A stretch of 63,888 nucleotides of DNA, filler included, from Octopus bimaculoides (Eukaryota): assembly GCF_001194135.2 (NCBI RefSeq). It is 8 parts of 7 records of this genome, joined end to end, with 100 filler letters (N's around TTAATTAATTAA, not from the genome) between each part and the next. Parts side by side here need not be neighbours in the genome. Positions count along the whole stretch, not along the records: positions 23,957 to 35,253 come from NC_068981.1; positions 35,354 to 52,488 come from NC_068989.1; 6 more parts are not named here. One strand, written 5' to 3'. The translations under genes were made by a program, and so were the position numbers. Below the pieces are notes generated by a model, which had not been told where the DNA came from, did not search any database, and saw only the letters and a list, made by a program, of their open reading frames with translations. Of this stretch, positions 26,201 to 38,969 are shown one piece after another (positions within the stretch are counted from its first letter, which is position 1; each line of letters starts with the position of its first letter).

Positions 26201-27809
26201 TCCTTTGCTCGGGATACAACACTGGACGAACCAAAAAATATTACTGAAGGCAACATTAATATGATTGTCCTCTAAGAGACGATAATACTGCCATTTAACT
26301 CCAGCGAGACATCTTCTCTAGCTGGTTTATTCCATGCACTTTTCCCACCCAATATTTATTGCAAGCGGCATATAATTTCTACCATATTAGCTTCAAGACT
26401 ACCAGACTAAGTGGTTTCTTTGCGTATTAGATCTTGTCAGTGGTGGGTACTCGCTGCCAGCCATAGCAGCAGTTTACCTCGATTGCAATATATGGAAAAC
26501 ACAGTGTCATACAATCACTGATTTTGTACCTAGGAAACTAATCCATTATAAAATATCTGTTCGGTATAGAAGTAGTATACGAATCAAAAGGTATTTGTTA
26601 TAACACTTATATATGGTTGTTCTCTAGGAGAAGGCGATGCTGCCATTTAACGCCAGGAAGACGTTTTTACACAGCATGACTTAGTTTAGAACAACGAAAA
26701 TTATGACAACATATTTCAAACAATTATCGTTTAAATTGTGTTAACTGTGTGAGTGTATGTCTGAAAGAGATATGCGAAGCTTTCACAATGAAATCGCTTA
26801 AGTTTTAACGCACTCCATAATTATTAGCAATATTTTTCTTGTTAATTTATGTATTATAAAAATATTGTTCTGCTAAAATTTGATTAATTTTATTTCATTA
26901 CATATTCCATTCGGACTCCTCTAATAAGCTTATGTTTGTTTCATATCAGCCATTATTTCATCGTTTATATGTCCTTCCTCATATTTTTGTGTTGTTTGGG
27001 AACGTACTTTTATCGAATGTTAATAATAGCCAACTGTTATAGCTTTGGTTATCGGTTTCCTTTTTCATTTGTTTAGTTTCTAACCAAAAAAAAAACAAAA
27101 AAATGAAGCTATGTAATGCGTGGATTGCTTACAATTTCATCAAAAGTCTATAGTATTTTCAAATTGTTCTGAAGACGATATCCCCTGTAAATGTTCGTTG
27201 TTGTTTATTTTTCTAAAATTTACTTTCGATTTCCATTTGCCTATGGCTGTTTTGAAATAAATCGTACCATAGATGTTCACGTGATGCTTGTCAATAAATG
27301 AGAGCTACAATGAAAATCATTCTCTACAAACACACACAGACGTACACACAGGAAGGAAGAGATAATAACTTACACTTGTATATATGCATTGGCGCACCAT
27401 TTAACTACTTCACAAGGATGTCACAATCAACAGAAACTCACATCGAAGTGCGTCGCATACACGCATAAAACACAAATATATGCAAGCAGATATGCTTACA
27501 CATAGTCGCGCACGCATATGTACATTCACACAACATGTGCACTAGGTTACTCGTAATTAATTGCTTCATTAATAAATTAAACATGAAAAAACTTCAAAAG
27601 AATTTTGCAAAATCACTCTGTTCAATACACAGTTTGGTTTATGATTTTGGCTGTAATCGGTGATACATGCCATCAAGAAAATGAAAACCTCTCTTGAATC
27701 CCACTAATTCAATGTTGCACCTTTAAAGAGCATGAAGTTATGAAAACTATAAGAGGTTAAATAACCGCATAAAACTCAAATGATAATCGAGAAGAGATTA
27801 ACGAGTATC

Positions 27810-27883
27810 GTACATTATTTACAATTGACGGATATTTGTCCTCGTCTTGTTTGTTGATAACACAACGTTGAGGTATTTTTCTA

Positions 27884-27918
<35 letters not shown>

Positions 27919-29365
27919 CCACTGCCTGGAATCGAACTAGGAATTTTGGGGTCAGTAGCCTTCGCTCTTAAACACTACGCAATATGCCTGTGGACAAATA
28001 CGTAGTGAATTTTAGGGCATATAAATCTAATATTCTTCCCTCCTTCCTTAATACCGGTTCCGATATTCTGTTCATATCTGCACTTGGTCTGCTTAGGAGG
28101 TTTTTATATCCTAGTATATGTGCTGCTTCTTTTAGTTTTCGTATTTTCCAGTGGTGTTCTCTGTCTATTATTTTATCTTCATCTCACAGGGAGAGGTGGG
28201 CTCCATTTTTTTCCATACATGATAAGCAATACTCGATTGATCAATATCTTCCCATGTCACAGCTTTGCGACGTTCTGCTACCATTATTTTGAAGGGTGGG
28301 TGCATGTTTCGCCTTTGTATAATCTACCACAGCTGCATAGGAAGGAGTACACAGTCTTTGGTCATATTCACTTCTATTGGTGGTTTTACCGAAGGAGATA
28401 TTTGCGAAGTGTTGTATTAAGTTTGGAATACTGCCCTGATGTCATATGGACCGCATATCATTTATATCTTTTCAGAGGGCCCTTTCATATGAGGTAGACA
28501 GACTGTGGACAGTTTATCGTTTTCATCCTCTCTTTTATTCCTTATTGGAGTGGAGTGTATCCTTTTGGGGTAGTTGTTGCTTAATAGATTGTTATTGAGT
28601 TTGATCATCTCTTCCTGATGGGTATCACGATCGTTACTTATATTTTTTTGCTCGATGTCTAGGCACTTAGCAACCCCTTCTTTACATTGTATGGATGGTG
28701 GGAATTGAATTTGAGGTATCGTCCAGTGAAGGTCGGCTTGTGATATACGGATGTCCTGAATCCATATTTGATGCATGTTATTAATACGTCCAGGAATGCT
28801 AAGTTATTGTCTTTTTCTCTTTCTATTGTGAATTGTATGGATGTGAACTGTATCTAGATTTACCATCTGGTTGCATTCAATTGGTATATCCTTGATCAAT
28901 TCTGTGAAGTGGGTGGAATTCATCACGTACGATGTTGCTTTTCCTGCCAAAGTCGCTTCCTTGTTGATTATATCCGAAGGGGAGCGGCTCAGTGGATGAT
29001 ATGCTGAACCTCTACAGCTCACCATAGTTCTTAATGGAATACCATCCTTGTGAATGTTAGGAAGACTGTACATGTATGGTACTTTACTGTAATGTTGAGT
29101 CAGTTGACTGTACGTCATTGGTGTAAAGTGATCCTTGTTCTTTATCAAGATCTGTGACAATTCCCTCTCTGTTTTCAAAGTATAGTCTTTCTTTATTTTG
29201 CTGTAGCTACCATGACTTATAAAACTTACCAATTTGTCCGAGTAGTCAGACTTGTTCATCACCGCTGTAGCATTTCCCTTGTCTGCTGGGATGAGGACGA
29301 ATATTCGACAATTGTAAATAATGTAAATAACGTACATAATTCCACATCTCTTAAATGTAGAACTG
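27810..29365 (-). mobile_element. Penelope-like element (Poseidon/Penelope-type), 5'-truncated and internally deleted, with 3' pLTR and inverted 5' pLTR segment
   Basis: RT N-terminus IPADKGNA..LPNIHKDGIPLR..; RT C-terminus SIQFTIE.E.DN.LAFLDVLI..VYHKPTFTGRYLKFNSHHP; GIY-YIG CSCGRLYKGET..IAYHVW..KIIDREHHWKIRKLKEAAHI; TSD AACGAGTAT at 27800-27808 and 29366-29374. Confidence 0.88.
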
Positions 29366-32300
29366 AACGAGTATTCTGTTCCGTACGCGATACTAGTCTC
29401 AGTAAAAGCGATCTAATACACAAAACATTAAGAACATCAAATATTATTAACGGAAAAATCACCCGAAATCACCCGAAGATCCATACATCACTCTGATATA
29501 GTAGCATTTACAGTGTCGATTGGCAAATTCCTAGCTATCATTGTATTCATTAAAGTTTAATATATTCGAATTACAAAATTGTAAACTGTGGCAAATCAGG
29601 TTCACAGTGTACGGTGAATATTTACTTCATTCTGAACAACTCAGTGTATGTTAGCACAACTCAAAACTAGCATACACCACAACGATTGGCGATATCCAAC
29701 AGCTATATTGGGCAGTAATACTCCTAATCTAGAAATCAATATCTGTCCATAGTTCTTTTAAGAATATGAGGTCTTATTACTCTCCGCCAGTTAAATTCTG
29801 GTTTTAAAATGGTACCTCCCTAATATAGCAGTAATTCATGTCTTTAGAGAAAAGTTAATATTCGTCTTACAAGATTTCTTACTTGGTGAAGCATTCATAT
29901 GTAAATAAGCACTTTATTTTGGTAAGAGGTGACGGACGTTACGGACGAGAAATAGAGTACAGAGTATTCACATATTTTCAGAGGTCTTAATGGCACACAA
30001 TTGGGCTGCGTTTACGATAATGTAGTATATTTATATGCGTTTATCATACCAAGTCATCGCCACCAGCAATATTTCCATCAAGTTGCTGCAAATATGAAAA
30101 AAGTCCCGTTAACTTAATATGTCGAATGACTCATGCTGATGAAGTTTTAAACACTACGTATGCGGCATAGTGGTCAGCTGGTGGATTTACTTATATTTTC
30201 TTTCAACGTATCTACAAAATGCTTTCATCTAGGCAATTTGTTGCTTCCTGTGAATATTGCAAACATAACGCCGATGCCACAGCTTGCTTAGCAATACAAT
30301 TTTTTTCTTAATTCCATTGAAGTCTGAAACTGGAGATTACCATATATGCATACACATGTAATATATAATTATACTTACATGCATGTGTGTATACGTANNN
30401 NNNNNNNNNNNNNNNNNNNNNNNNNNNNNNNNNNNNNNNNNNNNNNNNNNNNNNNNNNNNNNNNNNNNNNNNNNNNNNNNNNNNNNNNNNNNNNNNNNNN
30501 NNNNNNNNNNNNNNNNNNNNNNNNNNNNNNNNNNNNNNNNNNNNNNNNNNNNNNNNNNNNNNNNNNNNNNNNNNNNNNNNNNNNNNNNNNNNNNNNNNNN
30601 NNNNNNNNNNNNNNNNNNNNNNNNNNNNNNNNNNNNNNNNNNNNNNNNNNNNNNNNNNNNNNNNNNNNNNNNNNNNNNNNNNNNNNNNNNNNNNNNNNNN
30701 NNNNNNNNNNNNNNNNNNNNNNNNNNNNNNNNNNNNNNNNNNNNNNNNNNNNNNNNNNNNNNNNNNNNNNNNNNNNNNNNNNNTGTGTGTGTGTGTGTGT
30801 GTCTGTGTGTGTATGTATAAATATATGTATACTTACATAAGTATGTGTATATATATCTACATGTGTGTGTACATATATATATACAGAGGAGAGAGAGAGA
30901 GGGGGGGAGAGGGAGAGCGAGAGATGGAGATAATAGATTGGTAAGTATTTCTATACACATACGTATATTTTTGAAACTTTTAAGTGTACCTTTCATAAAT
31001 TTGAAAAATGTTTTCTCATATGATTTAAATTTAGCAGCAATATCATCCTTATATACTCATCATGTGTTATAGATTTGCATAAAATGAAACTAATTTTCGG
31101 CTTCAAATTAGTAAATTGTAAAATTCGATGATTCAGATGTGTGTGAAAGTAGGTATTGTTTCTCCTTTGGAAAGATAGCCAATTTCTAATATTTATAAAT
31201 ATAAGATTATCTAAAACAAAAAGTTTACAGTGAGTATATTATATAATTCTCATTTTTCTGGAGGAAACTGAGTCATATTTTATCGTATAATGTGCAATTT
31301 TTTTAGTGGCTCACAGAAAAACATCCTTGAGTTACCAATAAAGAAAATATTCAATTTTGTAATCTGGTAAAATATACAGACAACAATCATATCTGATTCA
31401 ACTTGAATATTTGTTCCAATTTAGGAATATGAAGATTGAAAGCTTTCTACGAATAACCTATTCTCCCGTACACTCTCCTGGTGAAAAAAAATAGAAGCAG
31501 CTGGCATATGGCTGATATGGCACTCTCTTGCACTCCGTTATACTGATAATATAATGTTTCGCGAAGAAACCGCCGAAAGGACTGTGTGAGCAACCTGTCA
31601 GTTCGATATGTTATTGCTTACATGTGGCCACTAATTTTAGTTGAATTTCTTTTGTGTGGAAATGGATCCAACCATCGATTCTCATCAAAAAGAAATGAAA
31701 GTCAGTTGGAAAGGAAAAAAAAATCAGAAAATATAATTATGTATCTGAATATACTAGCATTTGTTGCGAATATTCAGAAATGCTTTACAACAGTCTAGAA
31801 GACACGTGACAAGGAGTGCACGGATTGTAACCAACTCGGCAGATAGGTGGATATAATGTGTGTAATCCTGTTCACGGGTGATATCAAGGACTGATTTAGC
31901 AAGCGCATTTGTGATACTTAAATACCTATATATCTATATATCTATCTATCTACCACACACACGCTCTCTCTCTCTCTCTCTCTATATATNNNNNNNNNNN
32001 NNNNNNNNNNNNNNNNNNNNNNNNNNNNNNNNNNNNNNNNNNNNNNNNNNNNNNNNNNNNNNNNNNNNNNNNNNNNNNNNNNNNNNNNNNNNNNNNNNNN
32101 NNNNNNNNNNNNNNNNNNNNNNNNNNNNNNNNNNNNNNNNNNNNNNNNNNNNNNNNNNNNNNNNNNNNNNNNNNNNNNNNNNNNNNNNNNNNNNNNNNNN
32201 NNNNNNNNNNNNNNNNNNNNNNNNNNNNNNNNNNNNNNNNNNNNNNNNNNNNNNNNNNNNNNNNNNNNNNNNNNNNNNNNNNNNNNNNNNNNNNNNNNNN

Positions 32301-32519
32301 NNNNNNNNNNNNNNNNNNNNNNNNNNNNNNNNNNNNNNNNNNNNNNNNNNNNNNNNNNNNNNNNNNNNNNNNNNNNNNNNNNNNNNNNNNNNNNNNNNNN
32401 NNNNNNNNNNNNNNNNNNNNNNNNNNNNNNNNNNNNNNNNNNNNNNNNNNNNNNNNNNNNNNNNNNNNNNNNNNNNNNNNNNNNNNNNNNNNNNNNNNNN
32501 NNNNGTGTGTGTGTGTGTG

Positions 32520-35253
32520 TATGTGTGTGTGTGTGTGCCGTTTTTATTGGTCCCAGAGTTTATTGTGGAATGTGTATATGAGTGTGTGTTTGAGTATTTT
32601 TTTGTGTCGGTGGGGATGTTAGGTGTGGGTACGTGAGAGTGTGCGTATATCTCTTTGTCTGAGTATGTATGTGTTGTTTTGATTGTCCTTGTGGTGTGTG
32701 TGTGTGAGAGCAACCGTATGTATTGGTGAGGGTGTGTACGTATATGTGCGTGTGTGGCATGTGTATATGAGTATGTGTGTGTTTTATCTACGGTTGGATG
32801 GTGTGTGTATGTGTGCGCACGTTTGTGTGAATGTGCATGTGTGTGATTAATATTTGTTAGGGTGTTGTCTGTACGCATGTGTGAATTTTAATGATAACAC
32901 CTACAAACAGGTATCAGGGACTGCAATGGGTACTAAAGTTGCCCCTACATATGCAAACCTGGTGATGGCCTACTTAGAATTGCAGATCTACGACCAATCC
33001 AAAACTAGATATGACCTGTCTTTCCACCAATACCTGTTGAAGAATTGGAAACGTTGCTTGGATGATTGCCTCATCCTATGGTCCCACACACTCGACCAAC
33101 TCTTTGACTTCAAAACCCTAATTAATAGTGTCAACGACCATATCCAATTTACAATGTAATACAGTCAAGACCAACTTCATTTTCTTGACATTCTCATTAT
33201 AAAAATAGGTACCAGCATTGAGACTGAGATTCATTAAAAACCGACTGATTCCAAGCAATACCTTCTGTTCACCTCCAATCACCCGAAACATACAAAGACA
33301 AACATTCCCTTCAAATTTGCGAGAAGAATTTGCACAATTGTCTTTAAATTATAGAACTCGAAATAAAAGACTCGAAGAACTAAAGGCAATTCTTCTCGAA
33401 ATAATCCCTAAAAAACCTACTCACGAATGCAAAATTGCCCAACACAAACCCATCACCTACCGTCAAAAAACGTGGTCGTTCCAACTGCAGGACTTGCATC
33501 CACCTCATGGAAGGAACAACATACAGATTCCAGTCGGGACACACTTTTGTCATAAAAAATAACTTCACCTGCGCATCAAAAAATTTACTTTATGCCGTAA
33601 GGTGTGAAGGGTGCCACAAAGAATACATAGGGCAAACGAGCCTTACTCTCAGAGAAAGGATGACAGTCCACCGCCAACAATTGAGGGATCCCACCACAAG
33701 ACAGATACCACTCAGTGGGCACTTTGATCTCTGTGCACAAAACAAGTCCCCCNNNNNNNNNNNNNNNNNNNNNNNNNNNNNNNNNNNNNNNNNNNNNNNN
33801 NNNNNNNNNNNNNNNNNNNNNNNNNNNNNNNNNNNNNNNNNNNNNNNNNNNNNNNNNNNNNNNNNNNNNNNNNNNNNNNNNNNNNNNNNNNNNNNNNNNN
33901 NNNNNNNNNNNNNNNNNNNNNNNNNNNNNNNNNNNNNNNNNNNNNNNNNNNNNNNNNNNNNNNNNNNNNNNNNNNNNNNNNNNNNNNNNNNNNNNNNNNN
34001 NNNNNNNNNNNNNNNNNNNNNNNNNNNNNNNNNNNNNNNNNNNNNNNNNNNNNNNNNNNNNNNNNNNNNNNNNNNNNNNNNNNNNNNNNNNNNNNNNNNN
34101 NNNNNNNNNNNNNNNNNNNNNNNNNNNNNNNNNNNNNNNNNNNNNNNNNNNNNNNNNNNNNNNNNNNNNNNNNNNNNNNNNNNNNNNNNNNNNNNNNNNN
34201 NNNNNNNNNNNNNNNNNNNNNNNNNNNNNNNNNNNNNNNNNNNNNNNNNNNNNNNNNNNNNNNNNNNNNNNNNNNNNNNNNNNNNNNNNNNNNNNNNNNN
34301 NNNNNNNNNNNNNNNNNNNNNNNNNNNNNNNNNNNNNNNNNNNNNNNNNNNNNNNNNNNNNNNNNNNNNNNNNNNNNNNNNNNNNNNNNNNNNNNNNNNN
34401 NNNNNNNNNNNNNNNNNNNNNNNNNNNNNNNNNNNNNNNNNNNNNNNNNNNNNNNNNNNNNNNNNNNNNNNNNNNNNNNNNNNNNNNNNNNNNNNNNNNN
34501 NNNNNNNNNNNNNNNNNNNNNNNNNNNNNNNNNNNNNNNNNNNNNNCACATGTACACATATACACCAGGAAACTACACAAACCATACGCACATACACACA
34601 TACACACACATACAAACGCATACCCAGTACAAACATACACGGAACACACATGCACACACATACACATCACCTGGATAAACCCAACGTACAAGAACACCTA
34701 ACAAATACAACACACACATACATGCTCACACACACATGCACCCTCATGCACGCACATGCAGTTGCTTCCTCACACTCACACGCACCACAATGACAATTCA
34801 AACACAAACATACTTAGAGATACACACAAACTCAAGTACACACACATAAGACCCCCACCAACACACAACACAAATAGACATACGCACACATACAGACATA
34901 CACATACATATGAACCATCACCCACACATACGGTTGCTTACACACACACACACCACAAGGGTATTTAAAACAACACACTCACGTACACACACACTCCCAC
35001 ACTCACACAAAACACTCCCATGCACACACACAGAAGCACACATACATACACACACAGACGCACAGATATGTACACACGCTCACACATACATACGGTTGCT
35101 CTCTCACACACACACACACCACAACGACGATTAAAACAACACATACATACTCAGAAAAATAGATATACGCCCACTCTCACGTACACACACCTAACATCCC
35201 CACCGACTCAAAAAACACACAAACACAAATACACACGCACTCACAAACGCACT
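32520..35253. repeat. Inverted CA-rich flanks of the Neptune-like element (32520-32882 inverted relative to 34547-35253)
   Basis: CATACGGTTGCTCTC..CAAAACAACACATACATACTCAGA..CTAACATCCCCACCGAC at about 35085-35210 is the reverse complement of about 32585-32725. Confidence 0.75.
32883..33752 (+). mobile_element. Neptune-like PLE RT (motifs 4-7, thumb) plus Cys-rich linker and GIY-YIG endonuclease, pseudogenised
   Basis: FNDNTYKQVSGTAMGTKVAPTYANL..KRCLDDC..IQFT..FLDI..KPTDSKQYL...SNHP; CRTC..FTCASKNLLY.V.C.GC.KEYIGQT..L.ERM..H. Stops, frameshifts and an internal deletion; runs into a gap. Confidence 0.9.
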
Positions 35254-35964
35254 NNNNNNNNNNNNNNNNNNNNNNNNNNNNNNNNNNNNNNNNNNNNTTA
35301 ATTAATTAANNNNNNNNNNNNNNNNNNNNNNNNNNNNNNNNNNNNNNNNNNNNTATATTGATAAAAAAAAGTATAGGTGGCATACGAGTGGGTATATATT
35401 TATAAAAAAGAAGTTTGAAAACGCCAATATATAAAAAAAATTGAATTTTAATTTAGAATTTTGTCAGAGATATTTTTAACATGTTTCGGTTCTTGTAAAA
35501 ACGAACCTTATCAAAAATACATATTTAAAAAAATGAAATTAAATGAAGAGTTCAACAGTCCACGTGGGGGCATTTTTTGTTGGTTGTAGCAGTAGTAGTG
35601 ACCCTGTTGGTAATGGTAAATGGCAGTGACCCCTGTCCGTGTCAGTAGCAAGGTAGGAAGTGATGGTAAATCCCAGGTGTTTCTTCTCGAAGCACATCTG
35701 CTTATTCCATTATTACAATCAATGTGTATCCATAGTTGCTGCTTTATATTAGTCAAAATACATATTAAATTTGAGAATTATGGAAAAATTTTTTCAGAGT
35801 TATTGTGTAACAAATGAGGAAAATAGAAATTTTGAGGTATTATTTTTTCTCTATTATAGGTGTTTCATTTGCTAAGAAAAGTTACAAATGAAATACATGT
35901 AATGGAGAGTAAATAATACAAAAACAATCTATTTTCTTGTTTTGTTATACAATAACTCTTCAGA

Positions 35965-36625
35965 TATATATATTTCCTAAGAACCTTCCGGTCTAGAGAA
36001 CATGGTGTCATCGTTCCTCTGTTCTCCTTTGCACGACCACACCTCGAATACTGCTGCCCCGATTTCTCCATGCAAAATAAAAGATTTCGAAAATTGAATC
36101 ACCCCAGTGGGCATTTACTGGAAGAATTAAGGGCATGGCTGATCTTGATTATTGGGACTGGCTTAAAGCATTGAAATTCTCCAGCACCACCGTGAGCGAT
36201 ACATCATTTGCACGATGTGGAGAATATACCACCAGCATTACCCAAACGACCTCAACATTAGTTTCAGAATTCATCCAAGGCTAGGACCACGGGCCATATG
36301 TGCCCTATCCAATTCAGGATCACAAGACATAAATATACTGCAACATAATTCTTTTTCCTCAACAGGCTCTGCTCTACTTAATATTGTCCCAATACAGATC
36401 AGACAGAAAAAGGATCCCATCACCTTTAAACGGAATCTGGACAAATTTCTTCAAGGAATACTGGATAAGCCACCCATACCTGGATACAACTTACTCAACA
36501 AGAACGCCCTACTCAAATGGGCCAGGATACCACAAAACGACTTTAAAAGGATTTAGCAATTCCTATTAGGTGGTGCTATTAATTTAGACATGGTCTGGAC
36601 AAATTTTTGGTCGAAATCATATCAA
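35965..36625 (+). mobile_element. CR1/L2-group LINE 3' end, decayed
   Basis: RTFRSRE..RPHLEYCC..E..Q..FTG.I.G..L.YWD.LK.L..; NSFSS.G..L.N.VP..IR...FKRNLDKFL..I.DKP.IPGY..N.LL.W. Confidence 0.8.
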
Positions 36626-37228
36626 AGTGTGTGTGTATGTGTGTGTGCGCGTGCGTGCGTGCGCGTGCGTGCGTGCGCGTGCAATACAAATAATAAGACA
36701 AAGAAATACCTTAACACATCTTTAATGATCAGTTACAATTGTTTCTGAACTATCTCTGCTTGCGACGCCAGTTTACACAAAATTCGAAACGAAAATTTAC
36801 ATAATATTTGCGATTTGAGACATTAGATTGGCACTTCATCATACTTGCATCAAAAGGTACGGTCTTACATTGTGCGTCTTTTAGACATGGCTTTTTGCTT
36901 ATATCGGGAGGAAACAATTGTAACGAATCATTTAAGGTGTGTTAAAGAATTTCTTTGTCTTGTTATTTGGATTAGTTTACCTTTCGTTACATCCACACAA
37001 CGGTTTTACCATCATGAAATCAGGATTTTCTACCCCACAGGATTTCAGTATTAGTCTGAAATCCGACAGTGTTGATAGCCCAGAACTCAGGTTGAGTGCT
37101 TCTCTTGAAATAGCTTCACATTATACCCTACAAGGACTTTATGTAAGTGTGTGTATATATATATATATATATTAGTCGAAGATATTGTATATCAATTATG
37201 TATACACACATATATACAAACACATACA

Positions 37229-37262
<34 letters not shown>

Positions 37263-37276
37263 CATACATATAGATA

Positions 37277-37422
37277 AGTACAGGTGTGGCTGTGGGGTAA
37301 GAAGTTTGCTTTCTAGCCACAGGGTTCCGCGTTTAGTTCCACTGGGCACGTGTCTTCTACAATAGTCTCTGGCCGACCGAACCCTTTTGAGTGGATTTGA
37401 TAGACGGATACCGAAAGAAACC
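37277..37422 (+). mobile_element. SINE family B, 5' half
   Basis: Head plus CORE-like segment. Confidence 0.7.
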
Positions 37423-37469
37423 TGGTGCATGAGTAAGTGTTTCAATGTATATATATGTATGTGTGTGTG

Positions 37470-37522
<53 letters not shown>

Positions 37523-38289
37523 TTGCGACAGAAGCATTATTAATATCAAAAGGCAATTTTGATCACCAACTTAAACTGGATATTGTGTTATAAATGCGTT
37601 ATTTACCAAAAGAGAACCTCTCATACGAATTCGTGCTGCAGAAAAACATTCGTAGTTATATCGTTAGCAGACGAGAACCGTCTGCTGCGGCCACCGGAAT
37701 TCTCAGATTACATGATTTTGCCCTGCTCCAGCTCCTCAGTGGAAGACGTCAGGTAGCAAAGTATCAGCCGAAAATTCTAGTCAACGACATATAGAATTTG
37801 TCTGTTCACGCACTGATGTTGCAAATAGCCAATGGGCTTATTAAAAGATAATTATAAACGATAGAAGTAGTATTAATACCAAAAGGTAATCGTATTTATA
37901 TCGTTGACAGATGAGTGCTTTTATGCTCCACGAATCCACGAATCCAAAAATCCTCTCAAAACAAATAACGCAGTATTCTGTATTCTTACACAACATCCAC
38001 GTTGAGATGGATATAAAGATATGTGTGTGTGCGCGTGCGTGCGTGTGTGTGTATGCGTGCGTGTGTGTGCGTGTGTGTGTAGTAAAATCGATACAATAGA
38101 GTACAGAGTACTTTGCGCAGCGTGTGGAAAATCCAACGTTTCGTATAAAGACTGCCACGGAAAATTTGACAGGAGAAAAAGTAATGAAGGACAGCAAAGT
38201 TTGACATTCTCTGTCCGAATGTTTGAGTTTTCCTCTCTCCACGGTAAGTGCACTGTACTCTTTTCATGGATGTTACTATATAATGCAAG

Positions 38290-38460
38290 CCTTGCCGACA
38301 CAAACCAACCCCAGCCGTTTTGGAGTCTGCGTGATCAAACAGACAGACAGATTGTTCTTTTCTCTCTCCATTTTTTTCTGTCCTCGTCTGCTACTTCTGT
38401 TGAAGAGCGTATGCTCTAAACGTGAAAAACTTTTCCTTCTATTTTTCCTCAACGTAAACT
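38290..38460 (+). mobile_element. PLE pLTR-like remnant with degenerate hammerhead motif
   Basis: TTCTGTTGA-A-GAGC-GTAT-GCTC-TAAAC-GTG-AAAA at 38395-38428; stem II intact, core mutated. Confidence 0.4.
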
Positions 38461-38554
38461 TAATACACTCTATTTTTTACATCATGTACACGCACGCACA
38501 AACACGCACACACACACATACATACATACATACATACACACATACATACATACA

Positions 38555-38586
<32 letters not shown>

Positions 38587-38594
38587 CATGTGTG

Positions 38595-38629
<35 letters not shown>

Positions 38630-38640
38630 AAAAAGAAGTA

Positions 38641-38885
38641 CTCCGTCGGTTACGACGACGAGTGTCCCAGCTGATACGATCAACGGAACAGCTTGCTCGT
38701 GAAATTAACGTGCAAATGGTTGAGTACTCTACAAACATGTGTACCCTTAACATAGATCTCAGGGAGATTCAGCGTGACACAGAGTGTGACAAGGATGGCC
38801 CTTTGAAATACAGAGGTACTACTCATTTTTGCCAGCTGAGTGGACTGGAGCAACGTGAAATAGAGAGCCTTGCTCAAGGACATAT
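38641..38885 (-). mobile_element. SINE family A' (A-type tail, different central domain)
   Basis: Shares the A tail; central CTTGAGCAAGGC..GTTGCTCCAGTCCACTCAGCTGGCAAAAATGAG as in 56027-56322. Confidence 0.7.
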
Positions 38886-38969
38886 AACGGTTAAATCTGA
38901 GCATTTTGGGGTTTCTTCGCCAATTTTCTTGCCAGATCCGTAACAATCAAATAATGTACAAACAATATT

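Noticed and set aside
37595-37790. GC-richer unique stretch with short ORFs and a CAG|GTAGCA donor-like site
   Set aside because: No convincing acceptor and no recognisable peptide in any frame.
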